In this document: piece after piece, positions 22,501-35,500 of the stretch
Position numbering within the stretch: the stretch's first letter is position 1
Layout of the letters: each line of letters starts with the position of its first letter
Source: Amoebophrya sp. A120
Taxonomy: Eukaryota; Protista; Dinoflagellata
Direction of reading: 5' to 3'
DNA length: 59,773 nucleotides
Assembly (NCBI GenBank): GCA_905178155.1
Contig: CAJINV010000014.1
Coordinates: 1,382,574 to 1,442,346 of the forward strand
The notes under the pieces: generated by a model
Databases searched by the model: none
Told to the model about the DNA's origin: nothing
Seen by the model: only the letters and a program-made list of their open reading frames with translations
Made by a program: the position numbers and the translations under genes

Positions 22501-24300
22501 TTTTTGCTTCGTCCCAATTAGCTGCTTCTGCAGAGCATGTAGCTTGTTGTTGAACTCGGAGTAGAAATCTCACTCCAGCAGTTGGCGCACCCTCGATTGT
22601 AGGGTGTCACGACAAAAAAAGGCAAAAGTAATTGAGACCGCAAGAATCGCAGAGCCACAACGCGTTTTGATGTTTTGGACTAGTTGTACGAGTGTACTTT
22701 CAACATTTCGATTTCAGAAATTGTGACCGTCGCCCCAGACGAGGACCAAGATCTGGCGAGGGACGTGTATTGTGTTTTCTTTGTGGTGCAAGGTAGTACC
22801 GAAACGACCTTTCTGAAAGGTGTTCCGCTTTCGCCGCCAGCGCCTCTCTTTAACGATTCAGTTGCGCCTGGCACAGCTACTGTCGCCGACATGCTGTAGT
22901 AACGCGACTCGGACAGGTTGAGAGGAACGATGAGAGCAAGAGCGACGGCGGATCACGTGTGGGAGGGAGCAATTATTCATCTTGTGCGTCTACTAGTTTG
23001 CAAGGCTTGGATCAACACAGGCAAAATACTAGGTTGCAACAAAGATTTATACGTGACATCCATGAAGAGGGTGAGTGCAGCCACCAAAGAGGAGCGGTTT
23101 TTGATGTCATGCCCACCTCACGAGAGGAAACCGCAACTGATTTATAACGGTCATACTTCGCAGCAACATGATTGGCGAGTCGGGGGCGGGGCAAAGCGTC
23201 AAAGGCGAGGGGGAATGATGTTGCCGCTCGCCGAGCTGCCACCCTCGCGCCGCGCGATTTCTGCGACCTGGTGGCTTTAAAAGTAGGGAGCGGCGCAGCT
23301 TCAGGTACATGTGCGTGATCAGTTACTAAGTGGAGTGGCAGGAACTCCAAGCAACCAACTACCCAATGAGCATGCGCTGCCTTCCTTACTGTCTTGCTGT
23401 CCTTGTTTGGTAAAAGATAATGATAAGTACTTAATCGGCGCAGTCCGGAAACGCAATGAAAGACCCGATATCTGGGCAACACGGATGAACAAAAACTACC
23501 AAAAATCACACCACAGGAGCGCCGCGTCCCGTCTCTGCTGCCAAGGATGCAAGCCCTGGCGAGGTCCCGGGGCCGATCTGCGAGATCTGGCCTGGCGGCG
23601 TGCCGCGAGTGCTTGATTTTGTTTTTTCCAAATACGCAAAATTATGGCGGGCGTAGCTCTACCCCTACTGGGGGCGGCTGTGGATTTCGGCGGGCATTTC
23701 ATGAGCGCCCGCATCCGAGATGGAGCCGACCAACACCTGCAAGCGCAGAGCAACACTTTGGGGGCGACGGTGCGTTCGCTGGGCGCACGAGTCGGAAAAG
23801 TGTAGTGGCGCCCCCCCCCCAGCCATTGGCCCCCGCGCAGGCCGCATGGAAGTTGGCGGGCACGCAGGCAGCTGCCGCCACGAATGAGAGAGGGAATGGC
23901 GCGTCGGGGGTTGCCGCGTCGTGGCCTCGTACGTGCCCGGCCGGCCGCCTTTCGTTCTACAAGGCCACCTACCGCGCCCCCCGTTGCATGAGTGCGCTCG
24001 TTGGGCCGCGATCGAGTAAGCGTGGCGCCCGTCCGCAGAGTGAGTGGAGATTTTTCGGGCGTGCGCGTCATTATTTGTAACGCGGGGGAGCGACGAACGC
24101 GACACGTTTTATAGTACAAGCGCAACGCGGGTCGATGACCGTGTATATTAAGCATACTCGTATGCTATCGAGTCTGTTCTTCTCGTCGCTCACAATGTTG
24201 CAACAGAGTGACGAGAAATAGCGCGCACCCACACGACGGCGCCCGACGCAGTGTATAGCTCACGAGAGTGTTTGACTTGTTTGAGGGTTTTATTTTTGCT
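19560..24300. repeat. Degenerate multi-kb duplicated region
   Basis: Shared blocks: GCAAGGCTTGGATCAACA (~20276, ~23000), GCAGCCACCAAAGA (~20364, ~23077), CAACACTTTGGGGGCGACGGTGCGT (~20738, ~23751), and AAGG..(C)TACCGCGC(T)CCCC (~21203, ~22199, ~23961). Confidence 0.7.
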
Positions 24301-25286
24301 TCGTCAATGCCAATATCTTTATCTGTTCTGTCGATGTCGTAACTAAAGAGACGTGTGGCCTATGAAGTGAGACAGAGAAAACAGGGAGTTGTGTCGTCAC
24401 TTACGCTTTTTCGGCAAGCAAAAAAAACCTTGCTCGTTGATGTATGAAAAAGAAAGATGAAAACCTTAGCGAAACGAATCTAGCTGATGAAACAGGTGGA
24501 AAGGTAGTTGGAATCTAGATTCTTCAGACTCTCGGTTGTAGTCCAATCACTTTCGAGCACGAGGCTCGGCTTTTGTTGACGAGCGACCACTTAGCCGAAA
24601 TACGTAGTAAGTGAGTGACCTCTACTTTGGGTCGGAAATCATCTCGTGAGCAGAAACTAAGATCTTCCTTCCGCAACGTTGCGCAGCATCTAGTACGATT
24701 TTAGTGCAGGGCAGACCACGGCGCCGATTCGTGGCAATTTCAACTTCATCAAGAGCGCGAGGCTCAGGTTGATTTTGCAGAAAAAAGGCAGAAAGAGGAG
24801 CAAACGAACGACAGCTCTTCAACCAGTCGCAGTCGAGATAGACGCAGAAGGACACATCTTTCTATCACGGCCACGCTCTGAATAGTCCCAGTACGGTCGC
24901 AGTACATAGAAACGGAAAACACAGCAAGTGGAGCCACCAGGTCCTCGTTCACAACTAGCAAAAACAGCTCGTACTTCCGGACTTTTACAACCCGCAACGA
25001 ACCCGTTGCACCAAACCACCGAACACCTAGCTGTGCGGGAGATAAATGTACAACTAAAAATCGGCTTTCGTGACGGAAGAGGAGCACCTTCGGACTTCGA
25101 CACAGGAGAAACAGCAACAGGAGAAAGTACAGCCACCAGAAGCAGAGCACAAGAAGCGCACGTGGTCGCGAGGTATCTCCATCTGCGCGCACTGGTGCCG
25201 GGCATCAACCATACAACGCGCGTAAGAGAAGGTGGAATTATCGGAGTAGAAACAAAAAGCAGGCGCGGAACAAGGACGAGGACGCT

Positions 25287-26234
25287 GTGCTACACGACCG
25301 TCGCTTTCGCAGCCTCGTCAAGATGAATATGTGGACGGATAGAACGGTGGCGCGGGAGCCCGTGCGCTACACCGCAGCAACCATGGAGATGATGCGACTT
25401 GAGGATTTGCACCACACAAAATGCGGAGTAAATTACGCCATGGACCACTCACATGGTATAGTTGTAAGTGTTGCATGTTGACAAAGCACATCTACTGTGA
25501 TGCTAGAACGCTGCATACGAATACGAAACTTTGACTTTTTCCAACTCACGCTCATACTCAAAAAAAAATTTCAATTTGCATTCCAGGTCACCTTGCGCAG
25601 GGTATCCACCGCACTTACTTCGCGAACAAGGAGTGGGTCGCCAAGGATAGCAAGAAGGCCGAACACATCCAGAATATGTGGGAGAAGGACCCGGAGGGGC
25701 AGAGAAGGAGGCTACTTCGGCGGGCCGAGAAGAACCTGTTTCCACCTTACGCTTGGGAGGGGAATGAATTTTTCGGACACAAGGAAACCAGCTGTTTCGC
25801 CTACGTAAATCAACGAGGGAAGCACCGGGCGGAATTGACAGGTATTAACTACAGGGGGGTTTATCATTTGGCGCTGCTAGTGCTAGATTGTGACGATCAA
25901 AACGTGTCGCTGACATGACATATCAACTCACATTCATTTTCTTGTTAAGAAAATGAAAAACGCAAAATAAAAATCCAAATTAGGTATTGACGTCGAGGGG
26001 AGTCATCCAATTTTGGCGAGCATTGGGCCGGGGAAGAAGCGGTTACTGCACAACGAATACGCCGCTAGACCAAAACTGCCACGAACACGTATAGCAGGGA
26101 TAAACTCGAATGATTTCAACATGAAAAAGAGCGTGACAAATGTATATGTTTTTATTCATCAGCTTCAGCCGCCTCTAATCCGTCATTTTTTATTTTATAC
26201 AGGACAAAGACGAAAACGAAAAGCAAAAGCATAA
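25287..26234 (+). CDS. Hypothetical multi-exon protein (ends uncertain)
   Basis: In-frame joins across GT-AG introns 25456-25586 (HSH|GHLAQ) and 25842-25983 (ELT|GIDVE). Confidence 0.5.
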
Positions 26235-29200
26235 GTTCGAAAGCAGCTTTTGCACACCACGCCCTCGAATCCCATAAAAACAGAATCCTACTCTCCCCGC
26301 TACGCCTTGAAAGAAGCGCAGAGACCCGCAAGCGTAGCGAGCACGCGGCCGAAAAACATACGAAGCGCGGACTTTGTCGCTGGAGACGCAATTTCCGACG
26401 TGGCATCCCGGGTAGCAGAGAAGGTGAAAGCACTGTCGAGATCAGGAAGCTCGTCGGCGGCAAGCAGTAAATTAGCGTTTTTTTAGAATTAGAAGATTGT
26501 CTGAGCTCAACTTGGAATTCGAATGTCATGTGTCGTGGTTTTTGCCTATGTTGTGGTATCAAAGGTCTTTTTCTCTGCATGCATCCATGTCAAAACAGCA
26601 CTTTGTAAGCGCGCTTGATAGTTTCATGGCACAAAACAACGCAAAAAAGCAAATTTCAGCAGAATACACAACTGCACGTCTTCAACAACGCAGGTAGCCG
26701 CCGCGCACAAAGTGCATCCTCTGTGGGTTCAAGGGCGAAGGCGAAAAAGTAGAAATGGAATCACTTCGAGAAGGTTCCTCTCTGTGTCGTCCCGTACTCT
26801 CGTCTCGCTCGCAAAGATCTTCAATAGCTCACAGTAAAAATAAAACTCAAAGCCTAGTTCAAAACAATTTCCGATTCGTATTAACACTAATTCACAAAGC
26901 CAAAGGAGGCAACAAGTTGTATCTGTTGCTATTCTGATAAATTTATGTGCTGTAACATTATACGAAGAAAAAGCTCTGCTTCTGTATCTGTTGGCATGCC
27001 GTTTGCAATTATGTCGTAAAAATGTCATGCAGAAGATGGCGGGTCATCGTCATTCTCATTGCACGTCCTACGCCTACTAACCTAACCTCGAGAACAGAAT
27101 ATCACATTTGTACCTTAAGTCGCGACAGCTTGAGCTGTATCTACCACTACCGCTAAAAAAAATGCCTAAAGAGCGTCGACGACCTTGATGTAGTCGTGAT
27201 TGGCAAGAGTCACAGTTTGGCAGGAGTTTGTACACCAGGACCAGCAGCAGGCAAATGATCAAATGCATCGTTCTTACTACATCAACTACAACAATCTGAA
27301 CGAGTAGCGGACTGTCTATGCTGGTGGAAGATATCCTGATTACGCGACCCGCGCCTGCACCTGGTGCTGCTAAAAATTACAATTTCCACCAGCTGCAATA
27401 CGTTTTGGATCCCAAAAACTTCTTTTGCCACCTATTTCAAGGTTTATTGTACAAAACTGCTAGAGTTTTCCTTTTCTGTTGAGTAGGGCAGTTGCGGAGA
27501 ACTATAAATCACTCTTCTGTAGAAGACTTGTAAATTTGTGCTTATTTCACAGCTTGCTGTCCTTGTATTTGCCAATCTTAACAATTTGACAATAGCGTCT
27601 TGCAGCTACCTTGCGCTCGTCGTGAAGGTTTCACCGAACAAAATTTGCAAATGTAGGATGTTGATGAGAAAAATAACCTGTATGATCCGCTCCTGCAGAG
27701 ATGAAAGAAAGCACTTCGTGAAAGAAGACAGAGTGGCCGCTGCACGTCCTCGAGGCGGAGATGTGGAAGTTGTACGCAACGAAGAGAACCTCCCGGAACG
27801 AGGCAGCGTGGAAATAAATAGTTGCAGTGTGTTCCAGCACTCGTGTTTCTTTTTGAACAGGCAGCGTCAAATGGTCTTCTTTTGATGGAAAATTGTTCTT
27901 CGATTTCATCCTTCCTGCAAGGCGCGTCTGATCTTGGCCGGCTCTTCTGTAGTACATCATGTCGAATTTTGATCATTAGAGAAGTTTTGACTCTTGCATT
28001 TTTCATGTCGCACTCATTTTTGTTCTACTATCTACTGCTTTTCACGGCTGTTGACTTTCGTTGTCGCAGTCGAAATTTTGATCTCTGTGTTGCGAAGGAA
28101 ATGGAAATTGAAATGTTCATGTTCTTGGATAAGAACGACTACTTCTTACTTACTTGCAACTTCCACTGCCAACAGCCGATAGCCCGCCGCGTAATGAAAG
28201 CAGCAGAACATGCAGCAGCAGCGTTTTTCTTTTCAACAAGATGATGAAGTAGAAGTCCAACGAACTACCTCCTTCCTCCTGATGAGCAGAAGCCAGCTTC
28301 TGGAAAAATTTTTGCAGCCCTCTTTCACTTTATCATAGAGTTGCATCAATTCGAAATCGAATTTACAAATTATTTTCCGCAAGTAAAAACGGCGAGAGAT
28401 TTTCGTATTGTAAAACAAATATCTCAACAGTGACCGAGTTTGTATATTACACCGGGTTTATACCGGAATAAGTTACTCTCGTCCACAAATTGTACAACCT
28501 GTAAAGCTGAATCTACTAAAAGAGAATGTATGGTGCAATTCTTTTCAAATTATGAATATCGTATCAGATACGTCGTAGTTATTTGATATTGCGCACATCA
28601 GTAAAACTTTTTTTTGGCAAAATTACCACGACGTGATAATATATGCCGGAGGCGTACCACTGGCAAAATTCGTGACGGAAGTTTTGCATTTGAAGGTTTT
28701 TTTACCAACAAGAGGAAGATAATCAGATTTGCGCGGTTGAAAGATTGTAGCCATAAGAGTATCCACCTACTTTGCACACGCTTAGACAAAGAAAAGTCAT
28801 ACATAAGAAATAAATAAAATCTGTAGTCAGGAAGCACCATGTATCAAGGGCGCGATTTATGTCTATTGCCGAACTTCGTGCCCATTGTACCAAAAACTGA
28901 CCCGTACTGAATAATTTTGAAGATCTGAGCCACTGTATTTGCGAAATAGCCTATTTGCGAACACTCTACTTGCAAGATCGTGAGTGTATCAATAGCCGTC
29001 TCCTGAAAATTTCACCAAGCTTCTGTCTATGTCGTTTTATTATTCTCTGCCGTACTCAAACTAATTCATTATCAGCATCTTCGATGCGTATGCCAGACAA
29101 AATGGCGTTTATTATTTTGGATAGAAATCAACAAAAATCGCGAACCTCGAACTCCCGTTCTTCTTGCCGTCTCTCCACGCGCGCCACAAGAAAACACCAT

Positions 29201-29557
29201 CTTCTTGCAGGTATCAACCGCAAATGCGTCTGGGTCTGCTGGAAGAAAAGTGCGCCTTCCTGGAATGCAAATGCATGTTTTGGATTAATATAAATATTAT
29301 ACGCAGCTGCACTGGCATGCACGCACAAGCATGACAGATTTCTCGAGTGCTTCCCTATAGTGCCCTCGCTATGCAATGACGTGAGGAGTTCGCTCTTTGG
29401 GAAGCAAAAATCGAGCAGCTATTCCCGCAAATGCAACACAGAGACGAGTCAGGATTTTTGCGTGAATTTCAGTTCGCATGATCACAAATGCCAATCCGAA
29501 TCTTTATTCCCGAGGACCCGGACATATTTCCAATGCATAGCAGGAAAAGAAAATATC

Positions 29558-32500
29558 ATGAAGCCAAAACGCCAATTGAGAGCCACGAAAGTTTTTTTTC
29601 GCGTCCTCCTCTCCGCATTGACACTATTCCCAATCCTTCTCGCCGGGTTCTTTTACAACAACGTCCAGACACAGTCTTATGTGTTCCTGGTCTCCGCGTC
29701 GCTCCCTGCCAGCCCCCGCAGCGTCGGGAGCAGCAATGCAGGGTACCCGGGTGGCGGGATTGCCGCCCCGCAGCATATGCCGTTCGCCGAGCAGGAACAG
29801 GAACTCGCCCGGCAACGGCAAGTTTTTTTGCTGCAGCAACAGCAGGAACAACAACAAGCCCACCGAATGAACAGTATTCAGCACCAGCAACAGCAACAAC
29901 TCCGGGAACAGGATCTGCGGGAACACGAGCAACGGCAAGCGTTGCTGCACGCCCAACAGCTCCAGCTGGCCGCGCAAGAGCAGCAGCATCAGCACCTCCA
30001 CGATAGGTCACTACAATACCAAGTCGGGATCGACCCACCTTTGTCGCACTACGGACTGCACCAGGGCGTGCACGATCAATCCTTTCCGGAGCCCATGGAG
30101 CAGGACGACAACCAGCACCTTGTCGAGCAGCAGTATTCACACCGCCGCGAGGCCACTTTCCTGGGGTTTGGCGTGCCCCATCCGCCGGGCGGGTCGCCGC
30201 TGCCGCCGCCGGGCGGCCCCCCGATTCATCTATGCATGGAGATGATTGGACGATCAGAATTGAAGCTTCTCCTCCAGATGTTCCCGTTCTCTCAAAAGTG
30301 CTGTTCTTATCCCTCCTGTTCGTGCATAGATAAGAACACCACTTTTAGGTCGTTACAAACATGTTCTTATCTATGCACCATTTGGAGGAAAAGAACAGCA
30401 TTTTTGCGAGAACGGGAACCTCTGGCGCAGAAGCTGTCATTCTGCTTCGTGCCAGCCACCAATTTCAGGTCGTTACAAACGTGTTCTTATCTATGCACGG
30501 CGTGGAGGATAAGAGCAGCAGTGTTCGAGAGCGGGAACATTTGGCGCAGAAGCTCCGACTCTGCTTCATGCCAAAACATCAATGCCAGGGCGTTGCAGTA
30601 GGTGTTCTTGTCTATCTCTCCGAAGCGTTCAAACGAGTACCAGGCGGGAAGCTTTCAAGGTCTTCTGCCAGTGCGTCCACCATCACCGCGGAAGCGGTGC
30701 CAGCGGTGAGTGGTTGGGGCGGTGGGTGAGAGATCGAGGCGCGTTCGAAGAGTTCCAAGAGGTCTCGAGGGGCCTGCGTACCAAGCCCGCACGAGCCGGC
30801 TTGCGGCCTTTTTTGGGTCGCGAGTACGTAGGGCCCGGGGCCGCGAAAAAGATGCCCGGCTGCGCCTGTTGGGCGTGCTGTGAGTGCCCGTGGGCCGCGT
30901 CGATCTGCGCAGTGGGGGGGCCACTCTAGTCTATGTCTAGGCTCGTCGGGGTGTTGGCGTGCCTGTTGGTTCCTCTAGAAAGACGCCTGGGCCGCGTGAA
31001 AAAACCCGCCAGGGAAGGCAGCAGCACTCCTACGCAGACGCGACCATAAAAACTGCAGCCCCTGCGTTGGCGCAAAAAAAAGGGCAAATCCCGATGGTAT
31101 GCTGCGAATTTCTTTAGGGATAAGAACAATGCTGAAGATCACCTATTTCGTCTCTATGCCTGGGTTTTGGCGTGCCCCATCCGCCGGGCGGGTCGCCGCT
31201 GCCGCCGCCGGGCGGCCCCCCGATTCCCGGTGGGACGCCGCCCTTTCTGAATCGCACGGAATCCCCGGGCGGGGCGAGCAGCTTGGAGGGGCTGGTGTCC
31301 GGAAGCGATGGCGGGTTTCGGACCCGGAGTAACAACCGACTACCGTCTGCTACCGGCTTGTGGCGCCGCACGCCGACCATCGGGTCGCTCCCCGATCCGA
31401 GTGCGGCCGGGCTGCCCAGTCCCGACGGGCAGCAAGGCCGGCTGAGTCCCGAGAGCATTGCGTCTGGTGACGCCGGGGGCCGAAATTTGTCGAAGGAGTC
31501 TTCCGTTGCGTCGGTGCCCGGATTGATAGCGGGGATGCAGCAGCTACAACGCGACCTTGCGGGCACTTTATGCCTTTTAAAATGACACTGACCCTGCTCA
31601 ACAGCACGCTCATCTCCCTCAAAAATTCGTTGGAAAAATGCTCATCTACTGGTACATGAAATTGAAATAGTGCATGCTTTCCAAGGACTTTCACTTTGCT
31701 TTTGCATTTCATCATGCATGACCACAAACTGAATCTGAAACAGACAGTGAGGGGGGGATAGCGATAAGGTCGTGATGAAGATTTTATTCACAATCATACT
31801 CCACTTCGGCAGACCCCAATCAAGACGAAGCGATGATGACTTCGGAGCAGCGGCTTTTACAGCACCAACTGCTGCAGCAGCAGCAACAGCAGTACATGCA
31901 GCAGTACCATCAAAGCGACCAACCGCCGCAACCGATGCAGCAGAACTTGACGTCTACCGTAATCGACGGCGCGCCAGCACCAGCACCTAATGGCCCTTCT
32001 GCTTTGGTGCCTCAGGCTGCAGTCTCTTTGCAACAACAGCAATCGTTGCTGATGATGAACCCGTTAATGCTGCGTCCATCCGCTGTGCAGCAACAAGATG
32101 ACGACGACGACAAGCTCTCCGTGCACAGCCACCGCAGCGGGAAAAGCGCCTACTCCGCCTACAAGACGAGGTCCAGGGACAGCTTGCCGGCCTTGGCTGA
32201 AGCCAGTCCGTACGGCGGAGGCGCAACCCGAAACCGCCGGCCCGGCAGCGCCAGCAAATCAACTACGACACGTATCGCATGTAGAAATAAACCTATATGA
32301 CACTTCCCTCGGTTTGTGATTCGCCGACTTATGTATGACAGATAAAGGAAAAGGACTGCCCTTGTTCTGGAACTGTTTCTTAGTAGAGGGTATGCGCGAG
32401 GGCAGGGCCTGCTGAGCTATTGCATGCATTCACTACATCTACATCTACTACACAAACCGAGCGTCGATGCGGTTTCCATTCCCATACTTAGCACAACGCC

Positions 32501-35500
32501 GCCTCCCGACCTGCTGCTCCAGCAGCAGCAGGCGCAGATCAGCGCGCAGCACCAGCAGCACCTACAACGCGGCCTTGCGCAGCTTGAACAGGACCACAGT
32601 CCCTACGGAGGACCCCAACACCAGCAGGACGCTGTGATGCAGGACTTGCAAAACCAGCAAACGGCCCTGTCCGACCAGCAGCTGCTTCACATGCAAACCC
32701 AAGGCCTCACCGCGGAACAAATCCAGCAGTACCAAGCCCATCTCGACGCGTCGCAACAGCGACTACAGCCGAGCCAATTCAATTCCGCACCGCCAGTTTT
32801 GTTTCACACCGAACCGCCGCGACGACACTACAGACCGCAGCACGGGGCACGGGGAGACGACGCGAGTTCCTTCGCGTCCGACGACTTTGACGCGTTGCGG
32901 AATTCCGACTCGGTCGGGGAAGCTGGTGATCCAACAGGGTCCTCTTCACCATCGCCAGAACAAGGAGGTTTTGGTTTTGGTCCAGGACAACAACCACAAG
33001 CATTCACCGGTCACCTCGTCCCGCCGCTGCAATTATCCGCGGCCAGGGGGACAGTCATTGACAACTACACGGACGACCAGCGTGGTCCCCACGTCGACAC
33101 AGCCAGATCCTCTGCCGCGAGCTCCGGGTTCGCACCTTCGTCTGCCGGCGGGGGAGGATTGGTGTCTGTGTCTCGTCGGGGCTCGCTGGCAGGAGTGGAG
33201 GGCACAATGATAGGACACGGCGAGGACGGGGCTCTGGCTCCAACCGCCCCGGGAGGTGGTGGACTAGTACCGCAGCCGCGGGCAAAATCCTGGAAGGAGC
33301 TGCATGTGGAAGCGAGGCCGGCTCCGGCACACATCGTGGTGTTTGATTGGGACGACACATTGCTACCTACCTGGTACATCGGCAACGTCGTGCTGCCCTG
33401 CGTCACCGGATTGAAATTCTGCAGCATGGTACAAATTGTATAGCTTACGGACGAAGTAGATGAAGATGAATATTACATAATTCAAATACTCACTTTAAGA
33501 TGAATATTACATAATTCAGTAGCGGCAAAGCTATCTGTAGTGCTTTCCTGGTAGAACAGCCGCGCCACGCCGCTGAGCGGGAGACGGCCTGTCCAGTGAG
33601 TGAGTGCCCCGTCAACTGCTCGCCGGGGCGCTGCGTGGAAGAGCAGCGTCGCCGCATGTCGAGCCGGGGAACTAGTTTGCTTTCGATTGCCTTTTTATTT
33701 TTTAAGTTCCCCGTCATCTCAATTCCCCCTTAACTTGCCGCCTTACTCTTCACGGACATGGGGGATGACATCAGCGCGTAGAACGGTTTGAACCAGACTC
33801 GGGCTACAAGGCCACAGGTAAACTATCCCAGTGTCTTCCGGCCGGCCTTGACGCAATCTGACTACTAAAAACCTCGCGGTAGCTGGGGGGCGTTCTAGTC
33901 TTCGGTCTAGTTCGTCGCCCTCTACCAGGCCTGTACTACCTGAAAGCAGAACTTCGGCTAGGGCAACAAGATCACATCAAGCAGCATCCGCGAGCAGCAT
34001 CCGAACCGAGAGTAGTCAGCCGGGCCATTTCTGAAGGCGCTGCGAGGTGGGCGGAGAGGCATCACGCTAGCAGTTGGACGGGAGCAAGGCCAGCGTTCTT
34101 CTGTGTGATGTTCGTCGTATACTGTCCTGCCTAGTTCAACTATGTAGGTTATCTCTCTCTCTCTCAAATACTTTAAGATTAAGTTTGTGTGGTGGACGAT
34201 TTTCAGCCCTGTTCTTCGTCTGGCAATAGTTTTTCAAGGTTAAGATTTTGGATTTGGTCTTGATTTTTAGAACTATGCATGGCCGAGAAGTAGTTGTGGA
34301 TGTAGTAATTGCAAATAGAACCTTTTTCAACATCGAAACGTACAGAATTCTGACTACAAACTGGACCCCACGGACGATTTCTACGACGGTCTGAACGACC
34401 ACGCACAGTTGATCCTCACGATTATTCGCACCGCATTGAACCTCACGCCGCACGTCTTCATTGTTACACTCGGGAAGACGGGATGGGTAGAACTACAAAG
34501 ACGATTTTTTTACTGTTTTTGCATTAGATTTCAAAAGGAAAAACTAAAACTCATATTCCATGCATTTTTTTCTCCAGCATTGCCTTGCTTGCGTGTAAAT
34601 AAGTGTCAGGATAGAACAAAAGCACGACGAGCTGCAACAGAAAAAACGTAGGCACTCTCACTTATCAGGTTTCCCGTTCTGCCGCACAGCGGTTGCCTGG
34701 TTTCACCGAGACCACACTGACCGAAATGGGTGTCAACGTGTACTACGCGCGCGAGTACTTGAGCCGGCGCGAGGCGATGCTGTGCCAACAGGAGGAGGGG
34801 TGCGACCCGTTCATGGTGGCGAAACGGAATGCGTTCAAGAAGGTGATGAAGGTGGTGGTAAAGAGTCAGGAGAAGTTATGGAAGAAGGCACATAAGGTAT
34901 GAAATCCACATCAAACCCATTATTCGTATAGGCTTAAGCGACGAATCCGAATCGTAAAGACCCCCGCACCAGAAGTCACCATGGCCTTGTTATTCTAAAC
35001 CTACTACTAGGTCTAGGATCCGCAGCACATCGGCCCGGAAATTGTAGATGTGCTAGCATTGTGCGTGTGCAGCACAGTGTGAATTTTAATAAAGCAATTA
35101 TCACATCAGGACGCCGTCGGGTCCCAGCTGATGCACCTTGAAGCGGCGAAATTCGGGTCGTCTTCCAGTCAAGGCTCGCGTCTGTCCTCCGGCTCCACTG
35201 GTTCCAGTGCCAGCGGTATCGATTGCAAATATGTCTGGGTCTGGAAGAGTCATGCTGTTCTTGCATGGCACAGAAGGTCTGGCATGGAAGCTCTAGCATC
35301 ACAGGTTTCGAGAAGCTTCGGCAATGCCGAACCCGCATGAGAAATCCCCCACTTTGGTGACAGAAAGTGGCCAGCTTTTGCTACCTAATATGCATGAGAG
35401 ATTTTTCTGCGTTCTAAAATGCGCATCATAAGTTTGTATTCTTGCAGACCCAGACGTATTTGCATTTGATAAGCGGCGTTTCGTCCGCGTGCGGCACCGA

